In this document: piece by piece, positions 16,268 to 23,926 of the stretch
Position numbering within the stretch: the stretch's first letter is position 1
Layout of the letters: each line of letters starts with the position of its first letter
NCBI RefSeq assembly: GCF_000189295.2
Contig: NC_016803.1
Location: forward strand, 2,310,001 to 2,342,000
Length of the DNA: 32,000 nt
Direction of reading: 5' to 3'
Source: Pseudodesulfovibrio mercurii
GTDB lineage: Bacteria; Desulfobacterota; Desulfovibrionia; Desulfovibrionales; Desulfovibrionaceae
Made by a program: the position numbers and the translations under genes
The notes under the pieces: model-generated
Database searches by the model: none
The model's input: the letters and a program-made list of their open reading frames with translations, nothing else
What the model was told of the DNA's origin: nothing

Positions 16268-16483
16268 TCAGGCCGTCTTGATCCCGTCCGTGCGGACGGG
16301 GCCGGAACTTGTGGCGGAGGTCGGAGCGGGAGGCGGCGTGTCGGGATGGCCGGGGGTGCGGCCGAGGGCATCGAGCAGCCCGGCGAGGAGCCGGGCGTTG
16401 GGCGCGGGCTTGAACAGGCGCAGGACGGTCAGGGCGGCGAGGACGACGAGCAGCAGGAGCGCGACCGGAACGGCGGCACACAT
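16268..16483 (-). CDS. Small hypothetical membrane-anchored protein (71 aa)
   Basis: GGAGG lies 6 nt upstream of the ATG at 16483. N-terminal TM segment (AAVPVALLLLVVLAALTVL), then a Pro/Thr/Ser-rich tail. High GC3. Lies 77 nt downstream of the TPM operon on the same strand. Confidence 0.55.
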   Translation of the reverse strand: MCAAVPVALLLLVVLAALTVLRLFKPAPNARLLAGLLDALGRTPGHPDTPPPAPTSATSSGPVRTDGIKTA

Positions 16484-16560
16484 GACGGACCTCCAGGTTC
16501 GGCACAGGAGACCAGACCGGCGTTACGGGAGTATGGAGGGCGCGTGACCCTTGGGTGACG

Positions 16561-17205
16561 TTACCTGTCCGAGGATTCGATGATCAGGTTGGGCAGCTCG
16601 TCGGTGTCGTCGGGCTTGATGGGGAACCGTTCGGTGAGCATCTCGCCGCAGCGGCGCACGCCCGCGCACAGGGCCTCGCCGGGTTTGCCCGCGCGGATGC
16701 CGTCGGTGACCAGGGTGACGACCTCCTCCCAGGCCAGGGGATTGACCAGGTCGTTGATGCCCTTGTCGGCCAGGACCTGGACCGAGCGCTCGTAGACCGA
16801 GACGTAGAGGATGATCCCGGTCTTGTCGCGGGTGTTGTGCAGGCCGTGGGCGTGGAAGGCGGTGAAGGCGGCCTCGGCCACCTCGTCGCGCATCTCCCGT
16901 TTGGACAGGAAGGGCCGCTTGAGGGCCGGAAAGGCGTCGAACAGGCGGGAGAAGCCGAGGAACAGGGCGAGGAAGAGCAGGAGGAAGACCCACATGTCCT
17001 CGCGGCCCAGGGCCAGGGTCAAGCCCACGGCGGCCAGGGCGGCGACGAGGAGGCTGCCGATGAGCCCGGCCCGGGGGTAGTCGTAGCTCATGGTCGCGAT
17101 GACCGGCACGATCTCGCCGGAGGTCGTGGCTTCGGCCTCCTGGACGCACCGGACCAGGGCGTCCTGTTCGGCCTGGGTGAGAAAAGTTTCCGCGTTGCTG
17201 CTCAT
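16561..17205 (-). CDS. TPM-domain (DUF477) membrane protein
   Basis: Start at MSSNAETFLTQAEQDALVRCVQEAEATTSGEIVPVI (the TSGEI motif), two TM segments, then the ILYVSVYERSVQVLADKGI TPM core. The longer ORF to 17295 overlaps the upstream gene and was rejected. Confidence 0.85.
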   Translation of the reverse strand: MSSNAETFLTQAEQDALVRCVQEAEATTSGEIVPVIATMSYDYPRAGLIGSLLVAALAAVGLTLALGREDMWVFLLLFLALFLGFSRLFDAFPALKRPFLSKREMRDEVAEAAFTAFHAHGLHNTRDKTGIILYVSVYERSVQVLADKGINDLVNPLAWEEVVTLVTDGIRAGKPGEALCAGVRRCGEMLTERFPIKPDDTDELPNLIIESSDR

Positions 17206-17221
17206 GGTAGAAACCTCGTTG

Positions 17222-18007
17222 TTACCAGCCGCCGGAGGCCCCGCCGCCGCCGAATCCGCCGCCGCCGAACCCGCCGAACCCGCCGCCTCCGCCAAAGCCG
17301 CCGCCGAACCCGCCGCCGATGCGCGGGCCGGGCAGGAAGATCATGCCGGGGCCGCGTTGTCCGGAGCCGGTCGCGCCCGAACCGGGGCCGCGAGGGGGCC
17401 GGGGCCGCCCGAACTTTTCGGTCAGCAGGATGAAGAAGATCATGGGGCCGAGGAGGATGGCCAGGATGTTCAGCTTGCTCCGGGGCTTCTTGGGCAGGGC
17501 GGTGAACTCGCCGCGCACGGCCCCGGAGATGGCGGTGACGCCGTCGAGGAAGCCCTGGTCGAACCGTCCGGCCTTGAACTGCGGGGTGATGATGTTGTCG
17601 ATGATCTGCCCGGCCAGGACGTCGGTGAGCCGGCCTTCCAGGCCATAGCCCACCTCGATGCGAATCCGGCGATCCTCCTTGCTGACCAGGAGGATGACGC
17701 CGTTGTCGAAGCCCTGCTGCCCGACCTTCCAGGTGTCGGCCACGCGGATGGAGAAGTCCTCCAGGGAGTCGCCCTTGAGCGAGGGCACGGTCAGGACGGC
17801 CACCTGGGTGGAGTCCGTGCGCTCCAGGTCGGCCAGCCGGTCCTCGATGGTCTGCCGCGTCTCGGGGGACATCATCCCGGCCAGGTCGTTGACCCGCGTG
17901 GTGTACGGGGGCACGTCCAGGGCGAAGGCCCCGGCGGCCGTGACCAGGACCATGAGGAGGGCCAGGGCCGCGAGGAGGCCTGACGAGCGGTTCGGGAGCA
18001 AGCGCAC
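17222..18007 (-). CDS. TPM-domain protein (YgcG-like) with signal peptide, C-terminal TM and Gly-rich tail
   Basis: VNDLAGMMSPETRQTIEDRLADLERTDSTQVAVLTVPSL...GVILLVSKEDRRIRIEVGYGLEG, a TM segment, then GGGFGGGFGGGGGFGGFGGGGFGGGGASGGW. Confidence 0.9.
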   Translation of the reverse strand: MRLLPNRSSGLLAALALLMVLVTAAGAFALDVPPYTTRVNDLAGMMSPETRQTIEDRLADLERTDSTQVAVLTVPSLKGDSLEDFSIRVADTWKVGQQGFDNGVILLVSKEDRRIRIEVGYGLEGRLTDVLAGQIIDNIITPQFKAGRFDQGFLDGVTAISGAVRGEFTALPKKPRSKLNILAILLGPMIFFILLTEKFGRPRPPRGPGSGATGSGQRGPGMIFLPGPRIGGGFGGGFGGGGGFGGFGGGGFGGGGASGGW

Positions 18008-18020
18008 CGGGCGGTACCGC

Positions 18021-18620
18021 CTAGGACTCGGACCCGAAGTTGACCTTGGGGGCCGTCTTGGCGGCCGGCTCGGCCTCGAAGAACTCCTTGCGCTCCAGGT
18101 GGAGCAGCAGCGAGTTGGTCAGGGAGTTCGGGAACTTGCGGATGGAGTAGTTGAAGGTCTTGACCGTCTCGTTGTAGCGCTGACGGGCCACGTTGATGCG
18201 GTTCTCGGTGCCTTCGAGCTGGTGCTGGAGGGCCAGGAAATTCTGGTTGGCCTTGAGGTCGGGATAGCGCTCGACCACGACCATGAGCCGGGACAGGGCC
18301 GAGGAGAGTTCGCCCTGGGCGGCCTGGAAATTGGCCAGGGCGTTCTTGTCGGTCAGCATCTCCGGGGTGAGCTTGGTCTGGGTGGCCTTGGCCCGGGCCT
18401 CGACCACGGCGGTCAGGGTGGACTTCTCATGGGCGGCCGCGCCCTTGACCGTCTCCACCAGGTTGGGGATCAGGTCCGCGCGCCGTTGCAGGGCGGATTC
18501 CAGGTTGGCCCAGGCGCCGTAGACCTCTTCCTCCTGCTGCTGCATGGAGTTGTAGCCGCAGCCGGCCAGGGACGTGGCGATGAACAGGGCCGCGAGGACC
18601 GTGACGAATCGTTTGAACAT
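18021..18620 (-). CDS. lemA: LemA family lipoprotein
   Basis: Start at [23 protein letters not shown] (lipobox LAGC). [21 protein letters not shown] and [32 protein letters not shown] are LemA hallmarks. LemA-TPM-TPM is a widely conserved gene order. Confidence 0.9.
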   Translation of the reverse strand: MFKRFVTVLAALFIATSLAGCGYNSMQQQEEEVYGAWANLESALQRRADLIPNLVETVKGAAAHEKSTLTAVVEARAKATQTKLTPEMLTDKNALANFQAAQGELSSALSRLMVVVERYPDLKANQNFLALQHQLEGTENRINVARQRYNETVKTFNYSIRKFPNSLTNSLLLHLERKEFFEAEPAAKTAPKVNFGSES

Positions 18621-18710
18621 GGCGTGGTTTCCCCTTGATCGGGTTGGGGTTGTCTTCATGGGCATGTAGATGCGTCCGGCAGCGCGAAAGTCAAGGCGGT
18701 CCGGGCGCGG

Positions 18711-19172
18711 TTACCGGGATTCCGGCTGTTTTTTCTTCTTGGCGGGCCGTTTGAGGCGCTTGCCCGCGGCCAGGAGCTTGCGCAGCTCCGCCGCCGCCTT
18801 GACCGTGTCGGACCCGTGCAGCAGGAACCGCTCCTTGGAGGTCTGGAAGTGCCAGCCCGAGGGCCGGGTCAGGAGCCTGGCCCCGCGCGAGAGCAGGTAT
18901 TCCTCGGCCTCGGTCTCGGCCGCGACCCCCTCCATCTCGGCCAGGATCTCCTCCCGCTTGCGCATGTCCCGAAGGAACTGGGCGATCTCGTAGACGGACC
19001 GCATGAGGTCCTCCGGCTGGATGTCCGTCTCCTTCTTGCGCCCGGAGAGATGTCGTTGGAGTTCGTTGAGGTCTGTCTTCAGCTCCTTGATCTCGAACAG
19101 GGCCTTCTCTCTTGAAATTTCAATTTTATCGGTAAGTTGCTTATAGATCGCTCGCAATTTCTGTGTGGACAT
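18711..19172 (-). CDS. Hypothetical coiled-coil protein with Lys/Arg-rich C-terminal tail
   Basis: 153-aa ORF with an ATG start and an AT-richer first ~90 nt. Heptad-like N half and a basic tail (GKRLKRPAKKKKQPESR). No family recognised. Confidence 0.6.
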   Translation of the reverse strand: MSTQKLRAIYKQLTDKIEISREKALFEIKELKTDLNELQRHLSGRKKETDIQPEDLMRSVYEIAQFLRDMRKREEILAEMEGVAAETEAEEYLLSRGARLLTRPSGWHFQTSKERFLLHGSDTVKAAAELRKLLAAGKRLKRPAKKKKQPESR

Positions 19173-19265
19173 GGAACCTGCTTTTCGCCTTGCTGTTACC
19201 CCGGATTATCTTAAGCCTGATTTAGGCTAGCCCATTTTCCGACAGGTCCGCAACCGCTGGCGCCA

Positions 19266-19877
<612 letters not shown>

Positions 19878-19909
19878 GGGGCCGGTGTAGCCCGGCCCGC
19901 GAAGGCGGG

Positions 19910-20716
19910 TCAACCCCGGCCCGTTCCGGGCCGCGATCCGGCCAGCCGGTGCAGGTCCGCGCGCAACTGCGCCTTGAGTTCCGGGAACGGACCGTGGTCC
20001 GGGAGCATGCCCAGGAGCTGCTCGAACCAGCCGGAGCGGATCAGGAAATTGTAGGCGTAGGCGAAGTGCAGGTCGTTCAGCCAGGCGCACAGGAACAGGA
20101 CGTAGTCGTTGGACCAGCGCATGGCCGAGAACGGGATCAACTTCCCCTCCCCGGCCAACCGGACCGACTCGGGCGAGAACGCGGTGTCGTCCCAGGTGAT
20201 GCCGTACTTGACCGCCCTGCCGGTCAGGGTCCGGCGGAGCATGCCGCCCAGGCTGTTGCGGATGGCGTCCAGCTTGTCCGCGTCCCGGACCATCTCGGTC
20301 ACCAGCCGCGCGTCCGGGTTCATGCCCTCGGGCAACCCGGCCCGGTTGTGCAGCCGCACCGCCTCGATGACCACCGCGCGCCAATGGCCGTCCAGCCCGT
20401 CCAGGATGTCGCTCCCGGCCAGGATGCGCGCGCCCTCCTCGCCGTGGTCGTACCCGGCCCGGTCGTCGAAGGTTTGCCGGTCCGCCAGCTGCGGAAACCG
20501 CCCGGTATCGTGCAGGATGGCCGCGAGCACGGCGGCCAGGGCCAGGTCCGGGCCGGGCCGCTCCTCCTTGAGGATGCGGCGCACGTGGGCCAGCACGCGC
20601 ATGGTGTGGGCGATCTTGCGCCGGACCAGGGGACGCACTCCGCCCCGGGCCCGGTCCGCGTGGGCCCGGCCAAAGGTCACGAGCCACGTAAGGCTTTGCC
20701 TGATGCGTGCGTCCAT
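19910..20716 (-). CDS. HD-domain phosphohydrolase family protein
   Basis: Start at MDARIRQSL (no clear SD). H...HD motif (AAILHDTGRF), YDHGEEGARIL, and RDADKLDAI. Lies 32 nt upstream of the yigZ-like gene on the same strand. Confidence 0.75.
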   Translation of the reverse strand: MDARIRQSLTWLVTFGRAHADRARGGVRPLVRRKIAHTMRVLAHVRRILKEERPGPDLALAAVLAAILHDTGRFPQLADRQTFDDRAGYDHGEEGARILAGSDILDGLDGHWRAVVIEAVRLHNRAGLPEGMNPDARLVTEMVRDADKLDAIRNSLGGMLRRTLTGRAVKYGITWDDTAFSPESVRLAGEGKLIPFSAMRWSNDYVLFLCAWLNDLHFAYAYNFLIRSGWFEQLLGMLPDHGPFPELKAQLRADLHRLAGSRPGTGRG

Positions 20717-20822
20717 GGCGGGTGTTGTAGCGCAACCGGCCCCGGCCCGCCAGGAGGAATGGGGTTTGACACAAAAGCGCGTATTGGGTGATCGTGGCCG
20801 CCATGTGCAGGAGAGGGACGCA

Positions 20823-22007
20823 GTGCTCGGGCCGCTAGTGCCCGGACGGCTGTCGGCGGGGCTGTTTGCGGCCCTGGCCGCGACGGTCCTGTGCGCGACG
20901 GTCCTGTGCGCGTCCCTCGCCCGGGCGCAGGCCGGACCGGAGGCCCCCGGCGGGCTGCCCATCCCTCTTGAGGAGGAGGTGACCGGGGAACGGACGTCCG
21001 ACGCCCTGGACGAAACGCAGCGGAGCTGGTCCGAGCAGGTCCTCTCCACGGCCACCTGGATGGACGCGTTTTTCGACGACGGCCTGTACAAGACCACTTC
21101 CAACAAGACCTACCTGCGCTTCAGCCTGAAACCGTCCTACGACCACCGGGGGGTGCAGTTCAAGGTCGACACGGACCTCCGCCTCCAGTTGCCCAACACC
21201 GAGCGGTGGCTGCTGAACGTCGGCGGCTCCCCGGACCAGGGCACGCTGAGCGGTTCCACCACCCTGGAAGAGGAGGAGCGGAACACGGACCGCAGCGACA
21301 AGGCCAACGCCTACGCCGGGTTGAGCACCTTTTTCCAGCACACCGAGACCCGCAACGTGTCCACCGGGGGCGGGATCAAGCTGAGCACCAGTCGGCTGGC
21401 CCTGTACGGCACCTTTTCCTGGGTGGAGCTGTGGCCCTTCAAACACTGGGATCTGCGGGCCACCCAGCGCTTCCGCATCTACACGGACGAACCCGCCGAG
21501 TTCAAGTCCCGGCTGGACGCGGACTGGCCCCTGTCCCACCGGTTCCTGTTCCGCTCCACCGGGGCGGTCCTGTTCCGGGTGGACAACCCGGACACCTCCT
21601 ACGACCTCGACCTGACCCTGTTCCAGTACCTGACCACCCGCCGCGCCCTCATGTACCGGCTGCGCAACGGATTCGTGACCTCGACGCACACCCCGTTCCA
21701 GCTCAACCGCGTCGCGGCCGAGGTGGAGTACCGTCGCCAGTGGCGGGACTGGTTCTACGCCAGCCTCATCCCGCAATTGGTCTTCGAAGACCAGCGCGAC
21801 TGGCGGGCGGACCCGGGCATCCGTCTGAATTTCAGCTTCCGCTTCGGCTACACGCCCGAGGTCACCAACGCCTCGCCCTACGCAGGCAAGCAGCGGGCCG
21901 ACGACCAGCGCAACCGGGCCGAGCGGGAACGCAACCTCCGGGAAGGACAGGCGCGCATACAGCGATGGATGCTGGAACAGGAGGAATCCGGGGAGCCCGC
22001 GCCCTAG
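20823..22007 (+). CDS. Exported hypothetical protein, outer-membrane beta-barrel-like, with charged C-terminal extension
   Basis: The GTG at 20823 follows GGAGAGGG, but the start is uncertain. Signal peptide ...LCASLARAQA. Alternating hydrophobic strands, ending in a barrel-like LNFSFRFGY motif followed by about 55 charged residues. Confidence 0.6.
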   Translation: MLGPLVPGRLSAGLFAALAATVLCATVLCASLARAQAGPEAPGGLPIPLEEEVTGERTSDALDETQRSWSEQVLSTATWMDAFFDDGLYKTTSNKTYLRFSLKPSYDHRGVQFKVDTDLRLQLPNTERWLLNVGGSPDQGTLSGSTTLEEEERNTDRSDKANAYAGLSTFFQHTETRNVSTGGGIKLSTSRLALYGTFSWVELWPFKHWDLRATQRFRIYTDEPAEFKSRLDADWPLSHRFLFRSTGAVLFRVDNPDTSYDLDLTLFQYLTTRRALMYRLRNGFVTSTHTPFQLNRVAAEVEYRRQWRDWFYASLIPQLVFEDQRDWRADPGIRLNFSFRFGYTPEVTNASPYAGKQRADDQRNRAERERNLREGQARIQRWMLEQEESGEPAP

Positions 22008-22453
22008 CGGATACCGGCCTCCTCCTCCAGCAGGGCCTTGAGAATCAGGCCGAAAAAGCCGCCCTCCTCGCCCGAAAAGCGCCAGCCCAGCTGGGTGGAG
22101 CAGCCCGTGCACAGGACCACCTGCCAGCGGTGGCCCGGAAACCAGGTGAACTCGTCGGTCTCGGGCCCGGCGGGCGTCAGGTTCCTGGCCGAGGCGAAGC
22201 AGCCCAGCTCGAAAACCAGTCCCTGCGGGTTGAAGAACACGTGCCGATGGCGGCCGTTGATCTCCATGCCCAGATCGCGCCGGGTGATCCGGCTGCGGCA
22301 TGCCCGGCAGACCAGCACCCCGCCGGTCTCCGACTCCGCGGGCTCCCGCCGATCCTCCGGCCGTTCGCCCGAACCACGCCCGCCCCCATCCGGCTCCTTC
22401 CGGTCCGGCTCCCCGCGCAACGCGCGCTCCGGTGTCTTGCAACGAATGCTCAT
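22004..22453 (-). CDS. Bacterial cereblon-like CULT-domain protein
   Basis: GGAGG lies 7 nt before the ATG at 22453. CRAC...NPQGLVFELGCF...EFTWFPGHRWQVVLCTGCSTQLGWRF...FFGLI closely parallels the Magnetospirillum cereblon isoform MsCI4 as I recall it (CxxC x2 zinc site plus a three-Trp pocket). Confidence 0.8.
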   Translation of the reverse strand: MSIRCKTPERALRGEPDRKEPDGGGRGSGERPEDRREPAESETGGVLVCRACRSRITRRDLGMEINGRHRHVFFNPQGLVFELGCFASARNLTPAGPETDEFTWFPGHRWQVVLCTGCSTQLGWRFSGEEGGFFGLILKALLEEEAGIR

Positions 22454-22510
22454 GCCAGGACCTCCACCCCACCTATACCCGACCCGCCGTTTCTGGTCGA
22501 GGGCGGATAA

Positions 22511-22645
22511 GGAATGCCTCCCCCGGACCCCCATCCCCTTCTTTTCCCAAACTTTTTGGGTGCCTTCGGCAGGGGCGTGCGGGCGGGGGGGGGGGGTGAA
22601 CGGGTTAAGCCCGGAGGGGCGCGGGGGGCGTGCGGGTTGAACGGG
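22511..22645 (+). repeat. Repeat-family copy 2, containing a G12 homopolymer
   Basis: CCCCGGACCCCCATCCCCTTCTTTTCCCAAACTTTTTGGGTGCCTTCGGCAGGGGCGTGCGGG. The 39-nt core at 22545-22583 is identical to copy 1 in reverse complement. The G12 run is at 22585-22596. Confidence 0.9.
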
Positions 22646-22671
22646 ATGGGGTAGGATGGTAGATTCGGGGT

Positions 22672-22962
22672 ATGAGCAAGACTGTTGACGCCCCCCACCT
22701 GCGGCTGTGCGACGCCTGCTGCGACAACTCCGGGACCGCCAAGGAGATGGTTAAGACCGGCGGGTGCACCTGCGACATCTGCGGCTGGGCCTGCAAATGC
22801 TGCGGCGACGACGGCAAGCAGTTCGTCAACAACGTCCTGGTGCGCACAATCCCGGCCGAGGGCTGGGCCTACCTCCAGTGGCGCAACAGCCGCAGCCTCG
22901 TCCCCCTGGATTGGGAACGCCTCTTCCTCCACGGTCGCCCGGACGACAGTGGAACAGATTGA
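22672..22962 (+). CDS. Small Cys-rich hypothetical protein (96 aa)
   Basis: ATG start with only a weak G-rich SD. About 87% G/C at third positions, counted by eye. Nine Cys within residues 13-44 (CDACC...CTCDICGWACKCC), then a Trp-rich C-terminal half. No family recognised. Confidence 0.6.
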   Translation: MSKTVDAPHLRLCDACCDNSGTAKEMVKTGGCTCDICGWACKCCGDDGKQFVNNVLVRTIPAEGWAYLQWRNSRSLVPLDWERLFLHGRPDDSGTD

Positions 22963-23037
22963 TTATACACCCCTTTTCCTGCTTTTGTCGCCTCGTTAGA
23001 TAGTCGGCTATCTGTTGTTCTGAGCCGATTTCCGGCA

Positions 23038-23649
23038 CTAGGCGAAAAGCACGGGGCGGAGCAGCGAGGCCGCGATGGACCACATGGTCAGGCAGACCGC
23101 GCCGTCCAGGATGCGCCAGGTCAGGTCGCGGGAGAACAGCGGGGCCAGGACCTGGCCGCCCAGGCTCAGGGCCAGGAACCAGGTGGTCGAGGCCGCGAAC
23201 GCGCCCAGGCCGAACAGGTAGCGCGCCTCGCCCGGATAATGGCCGCTGACCGAGCCCATGAGGACCACGGTGTCCAGGTACACGTGCGGGTTGAGCAGGG
23301 TCACGGCCAGGGTCAGGATCAGGGTGCGCTTCAAGTCCCGCGCCACCTGACCGCGCGCCTCCATGGACCCGCCGCGCAGGGCCGCCCGCAACGCACCCAG
23401 GCCGTACCAGGCCAGGAACGCCGCCCCGCCCCAGGCCGCGATCACGCCCAACGTCGGGTTGGCCGCCACCGCCGTGCCCACGCCTGTCACGCCCAACCCG
23501 ATGAGCAGCCCGTCGCACAGGATGCACAACGCCGCCACCGCCAGATGATGGTTGCGCCGGACCCCCTGGGTCAAAACAAAGGCGTTCTGCGCCCCGATGG
23601 CCACGATCAGCCCGCCCCCCATGGCGTACCCCTGTATGAATGGTGTCAT
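23038..23649 (-). CDS. argO: LysE/ArgO family basic amino acid exporter
   Basis: GGAGG lies 6 nt before the ATG at 23649. FIQGYAMGGGLIVAIGAQNAFVLTQGVRRNHHLAVAALCILCDGLLI aligns closely with E. coli ArgO as recalled. Divergent from an ArgP-type LysR gene. Confidence 0.9.
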   Translation of the reverse strand: MTPFIQGYAMGGGLIVAIGAQNAFVLTQGVRRNHHLAVAALCILCDGLLIGLGVTGVGTAVAANPTLGVIAAWGGAAFLAWYGLGALRAALRGGSMEARGQVARDLKRTLILTLAVTLLNPHVYLDTVVLMGSVSGHYPGEARYLFGLGAFAASTTWFLALSLGGQVLAPLFSRDLTWRILDGAVCLTMWSIAASLLRPVLFA

Positions 23650-23718
23650 TGCTCGCCTCCGGGCTTCAGCCGTTCGCGAGTCCTCGAGCCTTACGGATGA
23701 GGACAGCAGCGATCGGCC

Positions 23719-23840
23719 GGGGGAAGGGGAGGAAAAACCCTTTGAAAAGGGTTCTTTCCTCCCCTTCCCCCGGACCCCCACCCCCTCCTTTTCCCAAACT
23801 TTTTGATGCCGCTTCGCGGGTGAGAGGGGCGGGGGGTCGG
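23719..23840 (+). repeat. Repeat-family copy 3 with 53-nt near-perfect palindrome
   Basis: Palindrome GGGGGAAGGGGAGGAAAAACCCTTTGAAAAGGGTTCTTTCCTCCCCTTCCCCC (23719-23771), then CGGACCCCCACCCCCTCCTTTTCCCAAACTTTTTGATGCCGCTTCG, which is colinear with copy 2. Confidence 0.9.
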
Positions 23841-23926
23841 TTGTTGTTTGAGATGTTGTAGGAGGGGTGAGCGCGTGTGTAAAACTAATTGTTTTCATGG
23901 TTCATTAGGAATGTTAATGATGAAGC

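Noticed and set aside
17222-17330. GCC/GCCGCC-rich nucleotide tandem repeats as a possible VNTR or non-coding repeat
   Set aside because: They are the in-frame coding sequence (reverse strand) for the Gly/Phe-rich C-terminal tail that is common in YgcG-type TPM proteins.
19878-20804. N-terminal extension making the YigZ ORF 512 aa, and extensions of the HD (to 21106) and beta-barrel-like (from 20109) ORFs
   Set aside because: The extensions overlap neighbouring genes in other frames and are Pro/Arg/Gly-rich, with no homology-like features. The conserved family sequence begins at the internal starts chosen (19877, 20716, 20823).
22450-22999. Alternative ORFs over the Cys-rich gene (160 aa on the - strand; 104 aa and 79 aa in other + frames)
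   Set aside because: They lack an ATG with a usable context or run into the repeat element. The frame starting at 22672 shows the strongest third-position G/C bias. The call remains moderate confidence.
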